A DNA stretch of 64,000 bases from Eledone cirrhosa (lineage: Eukaryota), in NCBI GenBank assembly GCA_964016885.1, contig OZ024741.1, positions 373,302,001-373,366,000 on the forward strand, given 5' to 3'. Each line of letters begins with the position of its first letter. Position 1 is the first letter of the stretch. A program made the translations under genes and the position numbers. The notes beneath the pieces are model-generated. The model was not told the DNA's origin. It did no database searches and was given only the letters and a program-made list of their open reading frames with translations. Positions 63,908-64,000 of the stretch are shown piece by piece.

Positions 63908-64000
63908 TTAAGATATTTTTGTGAAGTAATGTTTTAAATACCATCTTACTAACGAAAAGGTTTGCTATCTCATTAAATTCAAATTTTCACAACTAATTGA

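Overview
AT-rich eukaryotic (animal) DNA that is almost entirely repeats. The tRNA-derived SINEs, the RTE LINEs with (GAT)n tails and the microsatellite load resemble an octopod cephalopod genome; this is recognition from memory, not a database result. No host protein-coding gene of any length is evident, and most long ORFs in the track are low-complexity artefacts. Real coding remnants all belong to retroelements: one 5'-truncated but open CR1/L2-type LINE ORF (31.2-33.7 kb), several RTE LINEs (one near full length at 54.7-58.1 kb, with a PHD-type finger inside ORF2), two Penelope-like elements with GIY-YIG endonucleases and inverted terminal repeats, and decayed CR1/Jockey pieces. There are also many SINEs, MITEs (piggyBac-, hAT-, Tc2- and Tigger-type), minisatellites and a 200-N gap. 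Three signals stand out. (1) A minus-strand zero-length-exon/recursive splice site at 14180/14181 (branch point, 25-nt pyrimidine tract, CAG|GTAAGT, second GTAAGT 35 nt downstream), plus a candidate 87-nt exon at 17828-17914, suggests the window lies in a giant minus-strand intron. (2) A dense, diverse set of minimal hammerhead ribozymes is present, many of them in short fold-back palindromic Penelope-derived mini-elements. (3) An RTE-clade LINE carries a twin-priming-type 5' inversion with a degenerate TSD.
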